A stretch of DNA of 46,115 bases from a virus. Its lineage: Duplodnaviria > Caudoviricetes. Both the position numbers and the translations under genes were made by a program. The stretch spans positions 1 through 46,115 of the IMG/VR virus record IMGVR_UViG_3300049925_000049; one strand, given 5' to 3'. The notes under the pieces were generated by a model. That model saw only the letters and a list, made by a program, of their open reading frames with translations, was not told the DNA's origin and did not search any database. Positions within the stretch are counted from its first letter, which is position 1, and each line of letters starts with the position of its first letter. Positions 1-8,977 of the stretch are shown piece by piece.

Positions 1-29
1 CGTCGAGCTCGCCCACGAGTTCCGTCGCC
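1..29. repeat. Terminal direct repeat (circular assembly overlap) with 46087..46115
   Basis: Identical 29-mer cgtcgagctcgcccacgagttccgtcgcc at both ends, inside a CDS. Confidence 0.95.
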
Positions 30-64
30 CGCGCAACCGCCGCATCCGTCGCCTGAACCTTCAT
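1..64 (-). CDS. 5' part of origin-spanning HTH DNA-binding protein (79 aa; continues at 46115..45911)
   Basis: ATG at 64 with AGGAGG SD; MKVQATDAAVARATELV joins in frame with ORF 45911..46102 through the 29-nt terminal overlap. Confidence 0.85.
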   Translation of the reverse strand, partial: MKVQATDAAVARATELVGELD

Positions 65-109
65 TTCTGACCTCCTGAGTCATGCAAGCGCTCATCGCTT
101 ACAACAATC

Positions 110-138
110 ATATTAATCGCCTCGCGCGCGCTCTGCAA
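110..138 (-). promoter_or_regulatory. SigA-type promoter for the origin-spanning HTH gene
   Basis: TTGCAG-17nt-TAATAT on - strand. Confidence 0.5.
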
Positions 139-203
139 CAGCCCTGGGGGTCTCGGATAGGTAGCTCAAATCTTCAATGGTACCTTTAGTATCACTATTC
201 TAG

Positions 204-232
204 TTGATGTCATTCGCGTTTTCCTATATAAT
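204..232 (+). promoter_or_regulatory. SigA-type promoter, probably leaderless transcript of terS
   Basis: TTGATG-17nt-TATAAT, ATG 6 nt downstream, no SD. Confidence 0.7.
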
Positions 233-238
233 CACAGT

Positions 239-571
239 ATGGACGAGAACACACCTACCTTAGGCCATCGTTGGGATCCTGACGCAGCCTTACTCTCCTT
301 AGAAACGTCACGCACGGTTAAGGACGTAAACATTCACGATCCTTTACAGTTGCGAGAGTCTGTCAATGATATGTTCCGTGAGTCGGCTGAATTAGTCGCC
401 ATGGGCGTTATTCATCTAGCATTACATGAACCTAGTCCAAAGATTAGACTCGAAGCGTCTAAGTACGTTTTGGATAAGGCGACTGCTGATGCCGAAGGTG
501 AAGCTGATCCATTAGCTAAGCTTGTGTCCGATCTTTATAAGCAGCTCGACGTGAAGGTCGAGAATGCCTAA
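239..571 (+). CDS. Putative terminase small subunit
   Basis: 110 aa helical protein (…IRLEASKYVLDK…) overlapping the start of terL. Confidence 0.6.
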   Translation: MDENTPTLGHRWDPDAALLSLETSRTVKDVNIHDPLQLRESVNDMFRESAELVAMGVIHLALHEPSPKIRLEASKYVLDKATADAEGEADPLAKLVSDLYKQLDVKVENA

Positions 572-2003
572 TCTGGACAAGGCTGTTATCTTTGACAAGA
601 TCGGTTATAAGCCGCATAGTCAAGGGCAGCTGAGCTACCATAGTAGTACTGCGCGCTTTCGTGTTCCCTGTTGCGGCCGACGTTATGGGAAGAGCACGAT
701 GGCAGGTGCTGATAGGGTAGCTGATCTTTTTATGCCTGGAACGTATGGATGGATTGTTGGTCCTACGTACGATTTAGGCGAAAAAGAGTTCAGAGTTATT
801 TGGGATTCGCTTATTGTGAATTTAAGGCTTGGTCTTGATAAAAGAGTCAAGAAGGCTTATAATAAGCGGATGGGCGAGATGTATATCGAGATGCCTTGGG
901 GAAGCCGTGTTGAAGTTCGAAGTGCGACGCAGCCTGAGCGATTGGTTGGCGAGAAGTTACATTGGGCCATTATGTCGGAGGCAGCTAAGCATAATCGCGA
1001 GACTTGGGAAAGGTTTATTCGGCCGGCGTTATCTGATTATAGAGGTTCGGCTGACTTCCCAAGTACGCCCGAGGGCTTTAATTGGTATTATGATCTTTGG
1101 ATGCACGGGTTTGACGATGGGCTGGAGGCGTGGAACTCTTGGCAGTTCCCATCGTGGGAGAACCCTGTGGTGTTTCCGGAAGGGCGCACAGACCCGGAGA
1201 TTCTTGAAATCGAGAAGACCACAACTAAAGAATGGTTCCTGCAAGAGATTGCGGCCGACTTCTCAGCCTTCGTAGGTAAGATCTTTGATGAGTTTAGCCC
1301 CATGGTGCATGTGAAGAGGCATCACTTTAATCCGGCGTGGCGTAATTATTTATTCTTTGACTGGGGTTTTGTTAATCCCTTAGCTTGCCTTGAGGTACAA
1401 ATTGATCCGATGGATAATGTGTACATCTGGCGAGAGCATTATGGTTCGTATAAGCGGGTGGAAGAGCATTGTCAAATATTGCGTGGTAGGGATCGTCCTG
1501 ATGGTTACCATGTTGATTGTGCGTTTGGTGATGCAGCTGATCCAGAAGCAGCATCAGTAGTTAGTCAACATTTAGTTCAATGCGTAGCTATGAATGAGGC
1601 GAAGGCTAATTGGCGCGAAGGCATTGATCTGATTAAAAAGTTCTTGCGGACGTACGATACAGGACGTCAGCTAGATGAGTTCGGTACTCCCGAACTCAAG
1701 CCTAAGTTGTTTGTAGATCCCTCTTGTGTTAACTTGATTAGGGAGTTTAATAATTATAAGGCGAATGATAGTAATAGGTCCAATTTAAGAGAATCGAGTA
1801 CAACCTCGGCTGCTATTAAAGAAGACGACCATTGCCTTGATGCTTTGCGTTATGGCTTAATGCATATCTATAAACTGGGAGCTACCTACTCTTTAAGGGA
1901 TGCTTTAGTTGGTGGAGGCGTTCAGCAGGCGTTAATTGATCAAGGACGGGGCGATACTTACTTTAGGGAGCAAGCGAGCTTTGTCGACAGTATGGAGTTC
2001 TAA
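564..2003 (+). CDS. terL: Terminase large subunit
   Basis: Walker A CGRRYGKS, Walker B-like WAIMSEAA, STPEG motif, nuclease FFDWG and DDHCLDALRY. Confidence 0.95.
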   Translation: MPNLDKAVIFDKIGYKPHSQGQLSYHSSTARFRVPCCGRRYGKSTMAGADRVADLFMPGTYGWIVGPTYDLGEKEFRVIWDSLIVNLRLGLDKRVKKAYNKRMGEMYIEMPWGSRVEVRSATQPERLVGEKLHWAIMSEAAKHNRETWERFIRPALSDYRGSADFPSTPEGFNWYYDLWMHGFDDGLEAWNSWQFPSWENPVVFPEGRTDPEILEIEKTTTKEWFLQEIAADFSAFVGKIFDEFSPMVHVKRHHFNPAWRNYLFFDWGFVNPLACLEVQIDPMDNVYIWREHYGSYKRVEEHCQILRGRDRPDGYHVDCAFGDAADPEAASVVSQHLVQCVAMNEAKANWREGIDLIKKFLRTYDTGRQLDEFGTPELKPKLFVDPSCVNLIREFNNYKANDSNRSNLRESSTTSAAIKEDDHCLDALRYGLMHIYKLGATYSLRDALVGGGVQQALIDQGRGDTYFREQASFVDSMEF

Positions 2004-3520
2004 TGACTATTGATTTTGAAAAGTATGATTTAGTTGAAGTGCTCGACTCGGGCACTATTTTATTGCAAGAGAAACAATTAACTTCGCCTGCGCTTACCGA
2101 ATTAGGTAGCACTGGTATGACTTCTTACGGAACAGTTTTTCGTCAGGAGTACAATTCACAGCTTCGAGGGCAGGCTGGTAGGCTTACGTATAATAAGATG
2201 CGTAAGTCTGACGGACAGATTAGAGCGATCTTAAGGCTGATTAAGACTCCAGTGCTTGCGGCACGTTGGTATGTCTCACCTGCCAGTGATTCGCGTAAGG
2301 ATCAAAAGATTGCACAGTTCGTAGAAGACTGCCTATTTAAATATATGTCTACATCATTTCCTCAGTTAATGACTGAGATTCTTACGATGCTTGATTTTGG
2401 CTTTAGTGCTTTTGAAAAAGTTTATAAGATCGAGGATGTAGGCGGTAAGCAAAGGGTTGTTTGGAAGAAATTAGCCCAGAGGCATGCACTTGATATTTAT
2501 CAGTGGCGATATGACGAGAATGGCGGTCCTTCAGAGTTATCTATCTTTGATCCTAATGCCGCTGGTTCTTCATACTTAAATATTCCGATGGAGAGGTTGT
2601 TAGCGTTCGTCTTTGAGAAAGAAGGCGGCGATATGGAAGGCGTAAGCGTTCTGCGGCCTGCTTATAAGCATTGGTACTATAAGGAAAACTTGTATAAGGT
2701 TGACGCTATTCAAAAGGAGCGTCACGGTGTAGGTATTCCGGTTATTAAGCTTCCTGTAGGATTCCAAGATGAGGATAAGAGATTAGCCGACGAGTTAGGC
2801 AGGAATATTCGAACGAATGAGAAGGCTCATATTGTTCTTCCGCCTAACTGGGAGATTTCGATGTTGAAGCTTGAAGGCCAGCCTGTTAATGCTATGGAAA
2901 GTATTGCGTACCACGATAAGGCTATTGCAAGGTCTATTTTAGGACAGTTTATTAACTTCGAGCAAGCCACAGGGCAGCAAGAGCAAGTACAAACGCTGTT
3001 CTTGAAGGCTACTAGGTATATTGCCGAGACTATTCGCGATGTATTCAATAAGTGGGCTATTCCAGAATTAGTAGCGTTTAACTTCCCGAATGTAGAAGAG
3101 TTCCCGGAGTTACGCGTACGCCGTATTGGCGATACGATGGATTGGCGTACAGTATCGTTTGCCATTCGTAACTTTATCGGTGCCGGAGTCATTGTGCCCG
3201 ACGATCGTCTCGAAACCTGGATCCGGGACGAGATGGATCTGCCTCCTGTGGAAGAATTGACAAAGCGTATCATCGTGGCACCACTCAATCAAGGCACTAT
3301 TCCTGATGGCCAGCCTGATGGCCAGCCTGGACCTGGAAATGCTGCTACAGGACTTTCGCATATGAATGGCGGAGCAGGCTCTAGTGTACAAGCGCCTAAT
3401 GCAGCCGGAGCAACTATTCCTAGAGCTAAGTTGCCTGGACAAAGTGCTGCGGGTAATATGAAGAAGACTCCTGGAGCTAATGGTCGAGTAGGCGTAGACC
3501 AATCGGGAAAGGCTAAGTAA
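2003..3520 (+). CDS. Portal protein (DUF935/Mu gp29-like)
   Basis: Follows terL; MLDFGFSAFEKVY, GVSVLRPAYKHW, ERHGVGIP motifs; low-complexity C-terminal tail. Confidence 0.9.
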   Translation: MTIDFEKYDLVEVLDSGTILLQEKQLTSPALTELGSTGMTSYGTVFRQEYNSQLRGQAGRLTYNKMRKSDGQIRAILRLIKTPVLAARWYVSPASDSRKDQKIAQFVEDCLFKYMSTSFPQLMTEILTMLDFGFSAFEKVYKIEDVGGKQRVVWKKLAQRHALDIYQWRYDENGGPSELSIFDPNAAGSSYLNIPMERLLAFVFEKEGGDMEGVSVLRPAYKHWYYKENLYKVDAIQKERHGVGIPVIKLPVGFQDEDKRLADELGRNIRTNEKAHIVLPPNWEISMLKLEGQPVNAMESIAYHDKAIARSILGQFINFEQATGQQEQVQTLFLKATRYIAETIRDVFNKWAIPELVAFNFPNVEEFPELRVRRIGDTMDWRTVSFAIRNFIGAGVIVPDDRLETWIRDEMDLPPVEELTKRIIVAPLNQGTIPDGQPDGQPGPGNAATGLSHMNGGAGSSVQAPNAAGATIPRAKLPGQSAAGNMKKTPGANGRVGVDQSGKAK

Positions 3521-3837
3521 TGGCTACTAGAAACATTCAGGCATATTGTGGACAAACGTACACACACACGCTCAGGCTTAAAGATGCTACTGGGCTGCCA
3601 ATTGATATTAGTGCAGATAGCTTTCAGGCTAAAGTGGGTACAAACGATGGAACTCTTATTGGGGTATTCACTTGTACTATTGTTGATGGACCTAACGGAA
3701 TCTTAACAGTGACTGCTAATAGTGCTACTACAGCAGCCTGGATTACATACTTAGGTGTACAGGAATGGAAGCTCTGGCGTAATAATGCTCCTCTATTAGA
3801 TGGCACTTGCATTGTTAAACGAGGAATGCCTGTATGA
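3520..3837 (+). CDS. Small Ig-like virion protein (possible fibre attachment/adaptor)
   Basis: GQTY…LKDATGLPIDIS…DGPNGILTVT…TTAAW resembles BppU-N-type beta-sandwiches; translationally coupled to portal. Confidence 0.5.
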   Translation: MATRNIQAYCGQTYTHTLRLKDATGLPIDISADSFQAKVGTNDGTLIGVFTCTIVDGPNGILTVTANSATTAAWITYLGVQEWKLWRNNAPLLDGTCIVKRGMPV

Positions 3838-4274
3838 GTGATACAACAGATATCTGGGTACAAGAAGTTAATACTAATTTAATTTTGGCTGAAGATAGTT
3901 TAGTAGTTGAATATAGTGATGTAGAACTTATCAGTACAGGTGAGGCTGGTCCAGCTGGCAGCCCAGGCGTATCTGGTGCTACATTCTCTCTGCCTGGAGA
4001 TTTAGTTAATACTACCGGCCTCTCTAGGTATTACATGAGTAGTAATGGTACATTACATACAGTGTACTTATCTGTAGGTGTGCCTGATCCATTGCACTCT
4101 ATTATTATTACACTCAGACTTAATACTACTAATGTAGCTATAGTAACGCTGACGGCTAATCAATATGTAGTGAGTTCTAGTCTGACTATTAATTATAATG
4201 CAGGAGATTATTTTACAGTAGACGTCCAAGCTAGCGGCGGTAAGAATCTTGTCGCTCAACTTATTTATAGTTAG
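3834..4274 (+). CDS. Putative virion fibre protein with short collagen-like segment
   Basis: GEAGPAGSPGVSG Gly-X-Y run followed by a beta-rich domain. Confidence 0.5.
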   Translation: MSDTTDIWVQEVNTNLILAEDSLVVEYSDVELISTGEAGPAGSPGVSGATFSLPGDLVNTTGLSRYYMSSNGTLHTVYLSVGVPDPLHSIIITLRLNTTNVAIVTLTANQYVVSSSLTINYNAGDYFTVDVQASGGKNLVAQLIYS

Positions 4275-4282
4275 GAACGAAG

Positions 4283-4714
4283 ATGGCTCATACAATGACC
4301 AATCATGGATTATACCATTTATTGAACAACGCTATTTCAAGTAGCACTGATATTAGAACTTTAGTCTTTAAGACTAGTGCGCCCAGTGTAGCTGCAATTC
4401 GTGATTATAATAGTGTAGCAGATTTACTCGGTGCTGTTACTGAAGCAGCTGCCTCTGGATATGCTCGCACAGCTTTAGCTGGATTAAGCTTAGTCGAAAA
4501 TGACGCTACAGATACTATTACCTTATCAGCTTCTCCAGTTACTTTTGGTGCTGTAGCTTCAGGGGAGACTTGGTATGGAGTAGCTTATTATATTGAATCG
4601 ACTAATGATAATACGCGTACATTACTTTCAGTAGACGTACCGTCGTCTACCCTTACGACTAACGGCGGTTCTGTAACTTTACCTACTCTTACCTATACGG
4701 TAACTGGTTCCTAA
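4283..4714 (+). CDS. Putative virion fibre subunit A
   Basis: 143 aa T/S/A-rich beta protein (EAAASGYARTAL, TTNGGSVT), AGGA SD. Confidence 0.55.
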   Translation: MAHTMTNHGLYHLLNNAISSSTDIRTLVFKTSAPSVAAIRDYNSVADLLGAVTEAAASGYARTALAGLSLVENDATDTITLSASPVTFGAVASGETWYGVAYYIESTNDNTRTLLSVDVPSSTLTTNGGSVTLPTLTYTVTGS

Positions 4715-4723
4715 GGAGAAACA

Positions 4724-5134
4724 ATGACTATTCAATATGCAACCACGACTCGCACCAGTCGTATGACGCAAGTGTCTACCGACATTGGCACCTCAGGATT
4801 GATCAAGATTTACGACGGTGTGACGGGCGGTGCTGGCACTCCGTCGAACGTCGGTACTGCGCTGACCACGCAAACGCTGCTCGCTACGCTGACATGCTCG
4901 GCTACATTCGGTACGGCATCTGCTGGTGTGCTGACGGCTAACGCTATCACTTCGGCAACTGCCGGTGCATCGGGTACAGCGTCGTTCTTCCGTATCACTA
5001 CCAGCGGTGGTACTGCGATTGTGCAGGGTACGGTTGGTACGTCGGGAGCCGATCTAAATCTGGCAACGACCAGTATTTCTAGCGGTGTCACGGTGGCGAT
5101 CTCGTCGCTCGTTCTGACTGAGGGTAACGCATGA
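4724..5134 (+). CDS. Putative virion fibre subunit B
   Basis: 136 aa; IKIYDG…LLATL…GTASFFRI…QGTVGTSGADLNL pattern typical of small phage structural proteins; AAGGAG SD. Confidence 0.6.
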   Translation: MTIQYATTTRTSRMTQVSTDIGTSGLIKIYDGVTGGAGTPSNVGTALTTQTLLATLTCSATFGTASAGVLTANAITSATAGASGTASFFRITTSGGTAIVQGTVGTSGADLNLATTSISSGVTVAISSLVLTEGNA

Positions 5135-5601
5135 GTGTCGCAGGTTATATCGTATCTTCAGGTACTACGGCTACAGCATTGACTGCTGCCACCGCTAAGA
5201 CCATCATCAACGTCATCCCTGCTACAGGTCGTACTGCGACGATTGTTGAGTTCGGTGTGTCATTTGACGGTGTAACTGCCTCAGCAGTTCCTGTTCTGGT
5301 GGAACTCTGTTCCTCAAGTCAGGCAACTACTGGTACTTCTACAGCAGGTACTCTTGTGCAGTTAAGGGGTCGTTCAACAACTGTCGGCGTTACTGCGGGT
5401 ATCAACTACACGGCTGAACCGACTGCCCTGACCGTTGTGAAGCAGTGGCTCGTTACCCCGTATGGTGGCAACCTGGTGATTCAGTTCCCTCTTGGTCGTG
5501 AGCCAGAAGCCGATGCCACCACCAACAAGGGTATTGCTTTACGTCTTACTGCACCGGCTGCTGTGAACGCTCGCTCCTACATCGAGTTTGAGCAGGCATG
5601 A
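5131..5601 (+). CDS. Putative virion accessory protein
   Basis: 156 aa beta-rich, ATGA-coupled to the previous gene. Confidence 0.55.
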   Translation: MSVAGYIVSSGTTATALTAATAKTIINVIPATGRTATIVEFGVSFDGVTASAVPVLVELCSSSQATTGTSTAGTLVQLRGRSTTVGVTAGINYTAEPTALTVVKQWLVTPYGGNLVIQFPLGREPEADATTNKGIALRLTAPAAVNARSYIEFEQA

Positions 5602-6285
5602 GTGTCGCTCGTACTTGTTCGGTCGCAATCTGCGTCATCTGCCACTAACGGCACTAGCGCGTCCATCACGATCTCGGTCGCCCCTACCGCGGGCAACCTG
5701 TTGCTGTTCGTCGTCAACGATTCGGCGGCTGACACGATCTCAACGCCTACCGGGTGGACAGCAGGTGGTACATCCTCCGATGTGTCACGCGTCGCGACGT
5801 TCTGGAAGATTGCAACTGGCGCAGAAACCACCGTTACTTCCACTTTGGGAGCGACGACTGCGTGGAACGCTCATTACGCTGAGATTGACAGCACCTTGTC
5901 AAACTTCACCACTGCAGTTACGCAGTCATCAACTACCATCCAACAGACGGCCACCACCGCCATGTCGGTAGCGTCGGTTACGCCCTCAATGCCTATTGCA
6001 ATCATGGTCGCTGCGATCTCCTACACAGGTGCATTGAGTACTACTTCGTGGTCAAATGGGTATACATCTATTGCTTCCACAGCCTCTACGGGCACGGTAT
6101 GCTCATTGAAAACTGCGTACCTTATTGTTACAGGAGGCGGCGCACAGACGACCACAAATACTAACGGTGTGTCTGCTGCGTATGTTGCTGTGCATTCAGC
6201 GGCCATTGAGCCATCACAACTGCCTATTGCCTGGCGACCCGTAGGCGCAAGAGGGCAAGCAGTTACTAGATCGGTGGTCTGGTAA
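5602..6285 (+). CDS. Putative fibre tip/adhesin-like protein
   Basis: 227 aa S/T/A-rich (PTAGNLLL, TPTGWT, FWKIATGAE); GTG start abutting the previous stop. Confidence 0.5.
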   Translation: MSLVLVRSQSASSATNGTSASITISVAPTAGNLLLFVVNDSAADTISTPTGWTAGGTSSDVSRVATFWKIATGAETTVTSTLGATTAWNAHYAEIDSTLSNFTTAVTQSSTTIQQTATTAMSVASVTPSMPIAIMVAAISYTGALSTTSWSNGYTSIASTASTGTVCSLKTAYLIVTGGGAQTTTNTNGVSAAYVAVHSAAIEPSQLPIAWRPVGARGQAVTRSVVW

Positions 6286-7422
6286 ATGGCTATTAGAGGG
6301 CGTGGGGCATCATTTAGTCCTATTATCCGTTCTACAGATTCGCGCGTTCCTTCAACAGATATTACAGGAACGATAGCAAGCACAGAAAGTCGAGATACTT
6401 CTGCTTTTTCTGCAAGTCTGACTAACTCTGGAACTATTACTAAAACTGAAGGTAGGGATATCTCAACAGTCAGCGGAAGTGTCACTGTTAGCGGCACTAT
6501 CACTCGTACTGAAGTTCGTGATACAGCCAATATTGGCTCTACAATTACAAATTCAGGTAGTCTAGCTAAAACTGAAAAAGCAGATGCATCATCTATTGCT
6601 GGAACTTTAACTAATTCCGGTTTAGTTAATAGAACTGAACAGCACGATATATCTGCTATTGTAAATAACCTTACTAATAGTGGCGCTTTAAATAAAGCAG
6701 ATGGTCACGACACATTAAGCACTACTACGTCAGTCATCGATAGTGGAACAACTGCTAGAACTGAATCTCACGATACGCTGACTACCACAGCTGTCGTTAC
6801 TAATATCGGCACATTAACTCGAACAGAAGCCTCTGATACAAGTGCAGTTTCTAGTAGTCTTATTATCGCAGGTTCTGGGGCTTTATTTGAGGGACATGAT
6901 CAGTTAGCAGGTACAGGTAGTGTAGCAGGAGCTTGGCCTGGAACTACCGGAACTACTGTAGTTATAGCGAGTTCTAGTTCTTTTATAGGTTCTCAGAACT
7001 GGATTGGCTCTACTGCCAATGAACTTGTAATAGCTGTAGGTAGTAATTTTATCGTCGGAGCAGTTACTTGGTCTGGCTCGGCTGCAAGTATTGTTATAAC
7101 AGCTACTGTAGGTTCTTTTACTGGTATTGCTCCAAGCCAAAGTTGGTCAGGTAATACAGGCCAAGTTAACCTTATTTTAGGGCAAACATTTAGTGGTCAT
7201 ACTGGGAATGCCTATGTTGTAGCCTTTAATGGATCGTTTACTAGTTTTGCTAATCCCCAAACTTGGACAGGAACACTAGCTACATTATTAGCTGAAGGAA
7301 GTATTGATAGTTTTAGTCCTGGAAGTGTTACTTGGACAACAGCTTATGGCCAAGTAACCATATCAGCTACTTCAGGCCAGTTTGATGTTCTTAGTCTTGG
7401 CTATTGGGGAATAGTGGTGTAA
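6286..7422 (+). CDS. Repeat-rich fibre scaffold protein (9 x 21-aa repeats plus about 6-7 W-x-G repeats)
   Basis: Period-21 NSGTLxxTExxD repeats at aa ~22-210, then W-x-G…F repeats. Confidence 0.65.
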   Translation: MAIRGRGASFSPIIRSTDSRVPSTDITGTIASTESRDTSAFSASLTNSGTITKTEGRDISTVSGSVTVSGTITRTEVRDTANIGSTITNSGSLAKTEKADASSIAGTLTNSGLVNRTEQHDISAIVNNLTNSGALNKADGHDTLSTTTSVIDSGTTARTESHDTLTTTAVVTNIGTLTRTEASDTSAVSSSLIIAGSGALFEGHDQLAGTGSVAGAWPGTTGTTVVIASSSSFIGSQNWIGSTANELVIAVGSNFIVGAVTWSGSAASIVITATVGSFTGIAPSQSWSGNTGQVNLILGQTFSGHTGNAYVVAFNGSFTSFANPQTWTGTLATLLAEGSIDSFSPGSVTWTTAYGQVTISATSGQFDVLSLGYWGIVV

Positions 7423-7437
7423 TGATATCAATTTCCC

Positions 7438-7466
7438 TTGCGTTTAAATTGTCCTACCTATATAAT
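7438..7466 (+). promoter_or_regulatory. SigA-type promoter for the head/tail operon
   Basis: TTGCGT-17nt-TATAAT; shares CCTATATAAT with the terS promoter. Confidence 0.75.
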
Positions 7467-7476
7467 GAAAGTTGAT

Positions 7477-8574
7477 ATGAGTAATAGGCTTTTTTATACA
7501 GTCGACCTGATGAAGGAGGGTAGTATCTCTTTTGCCGAAGGGCAGGGATTTACTACCTGGATTCAAGGTCTACCTTTAGGCACTTACGAGCATATTGTTT
7601 ACGGCACTATTAAGGTTACGCCTGAAAAGGTCGCTAATATGGTACGTAACTTTTATGATAAGGTTCGAGGCACTGATCTTGACATTGATTACGAGCATAA
7701 GGAGTTTACCTCCAAGGCTGCTGGTTGGATTGTTGATGTCGAAGACAGAGCTGAACAAGGTCTCTGGCTGTTAGTGGAGTGGACTCCTTCAGCTTATCAG
7801 GCACTGCGCGAGCAGGAGTATAGATACTTTAGTCCTGAGTTTGCTGATCAGTGGTCTAATCCTAAGACAGGTCAGAGTTATACCGATGTTCTTTTTGGAG
7901 GCGGTATTACTAACCGTCCCTTCTTAAAGGATATCGCACCCATTAACCTGTCCGAATTAGGACAATTCCCTACAGAAGAAGGAGATGAATCCGTGGAACT
8001 TGCTGAACAGCTCGCCACGCTCCTTGGTGTTCAGCTTTCGGAAGAAAGCGATGCCTCGGAGATTATCATCGCCGCAATTAAGCAGCTGCAGGAGCCAGCA
8101 CCAAGTTCGGATGAGGATAAGCTTAAGAAGCTGTCTGAAGCCGATCCGGTGGTGGCTCGTTTGTTAGCCGATCGCGCGGAAGACCGTCGTCGGTTAGCAG
8201 CTCTTGAGGAGGCGCGTAACTTGAGTGAGGTGACTCGTCAGCTTAGCGAGACTCGCACGGACAAGGCTACCTTGCCCCCGGCGATTGCTGAGCAGTTGGT
8301 CAAGCCTCTCTCTGATCTGGGCCTGAATAAGGCTCAGCCCATTATTAAGGCTCTCCATGATCTGGTCAAGACTGGTCTTGTTCAGCTTACGGAGATCGGA
8401 ACTCAGAATCCTGCAACGAATGCTGGCGATGCCATTAAGTCGTTTAACGATTCTGTGGATAAGGTTATTGCAGAACGTAAGTTGTCCTACAAGGATGCGG
8501 TGCTCGTGATCACTCAGGAGCAGCCGGAGCTTTGGGCGGCATACAACGATAGTCGACTTGCTGAGGTGAAGTGA
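7477..8574 (+). CDS. Capsid maturation protease/scaffold (Mu gpI-like)
   Basis: IDYEH, AAGWI, VEWT, YRYFSPEF, TNRPF motifs; coiled-coil C-terminal half; start moved to the ATG downstream of the promoter. Confidence 0.9.
   Translation: MSNRLFYTVDLMKEGSISFAEGQGFTTWIQGLPLGTYEHIVYGTIKVTPEKVANMVRNFYDKVRGTDLDIDYEHKEFTSKAAGWIVDVEDRAEQGLWLLVEWTPSAYQALREQEYRYFSPEFADQWSNPKTGQSYTDVLFGGGITNRPFLKDIAPINLSELGQFPTEEGDESVELAEQLATLLGVQLSEESDASEIIIAAIKQLQEPAPSSDEDKLKKLSEADPVVARLLADRAEDRRRLAALEEARNLSEVTRQLSETRTDKATLPPAIAEQLVKPLSDLGLNKAQPIIKALHDLVKTGLVQLTEIGTQNPATNAGDAIKSFNDSVDKVIAERKLSYKDAVLVITQEQPELWAAYNDSRLAEVK
7993..8574 (+). CDS. Nested in-frame scaffold protein (Mu gpZ-like)
   Basis: AAGGAG SD 8 nt before in-frame GTG at 7993, just after the protease domain. 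Confidence 0.6.
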   Translation: MELAEQLATLLGVQLSEESDASEIIIAAIKQLQEPAPSSDEDKLKKLSEADPVVARLLADRAEDRRRLAALEEARNLSEVTRQLSETRTDKATLPPAIAEQLVKPLSDLGLNKAQPIIKALHDLVKTGLVQLTEIGTQNPATNAGDAIKSFNDSVDKVIAERKLSYKDAVLVITQEQPELWAAYNDSRLAEVK

Positions 8575-8954
8575 TGGCTGATTACGAACTCGATAAGAGC
8601 TTTATTGCAGCTGCTACGACTACGCAGTTCCAGGTTGTTAAGTTCGGCTCGGCCGATAATACTTGCACTCCGGTTACTGCTACGTCGGATGAGATGCTGG
8701 GTGTCGCACAGGAAAGCTGTGCAGCAGCTGATGCTGGTAAGCGTGTTATCAGCGTGCGTCTCTTAGGCGTTAGCGAAGTCATTTATGGTGGCTCGGTTAC
8801 TCGTGGCGCTCGCCTTAAGGTGACCGCCACCGGTACTGTCATTGCCGCCACGACGGATGCTGACTTTGTTGTCGGTCGCGCACTCACTTCGGGTGTGTCG
8901 GGCGATCGTGGTCAGATGTTACTCACTCCTGCCGCTCAGCGTGGCACGGCCTGA
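8574..8954 (+). CDS. Capsid decoration/cement protein (DUF2190-like)
   Basis: About 126 aa A/G/T/V-rich, GGSVTRGARL, VGRAL; between scaffold and major capsid. Confidence 0.75.
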   Translation: MADYELDKSFIAAATTTQFQVVKFGSADNTCTPVTATSDEMLGVAQESCAAADAGKRVISVRLLGVSEVIYGGSVTRGARLKVTATGTVIAATTDADFVVGRALTSGVSGDRGQMLLTPAAQRGTA

Positions 8955-8977
8955 CCTAGAAAGGATAAAGCTCTAAA

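Noticed and set aside
3302-3330. 12-bp tandem repeat CCTGATGGCCAG in the portal gene
   Set aside because: In-frame PDGQ duplication within a disordered C-terminal tail; no sign of further function
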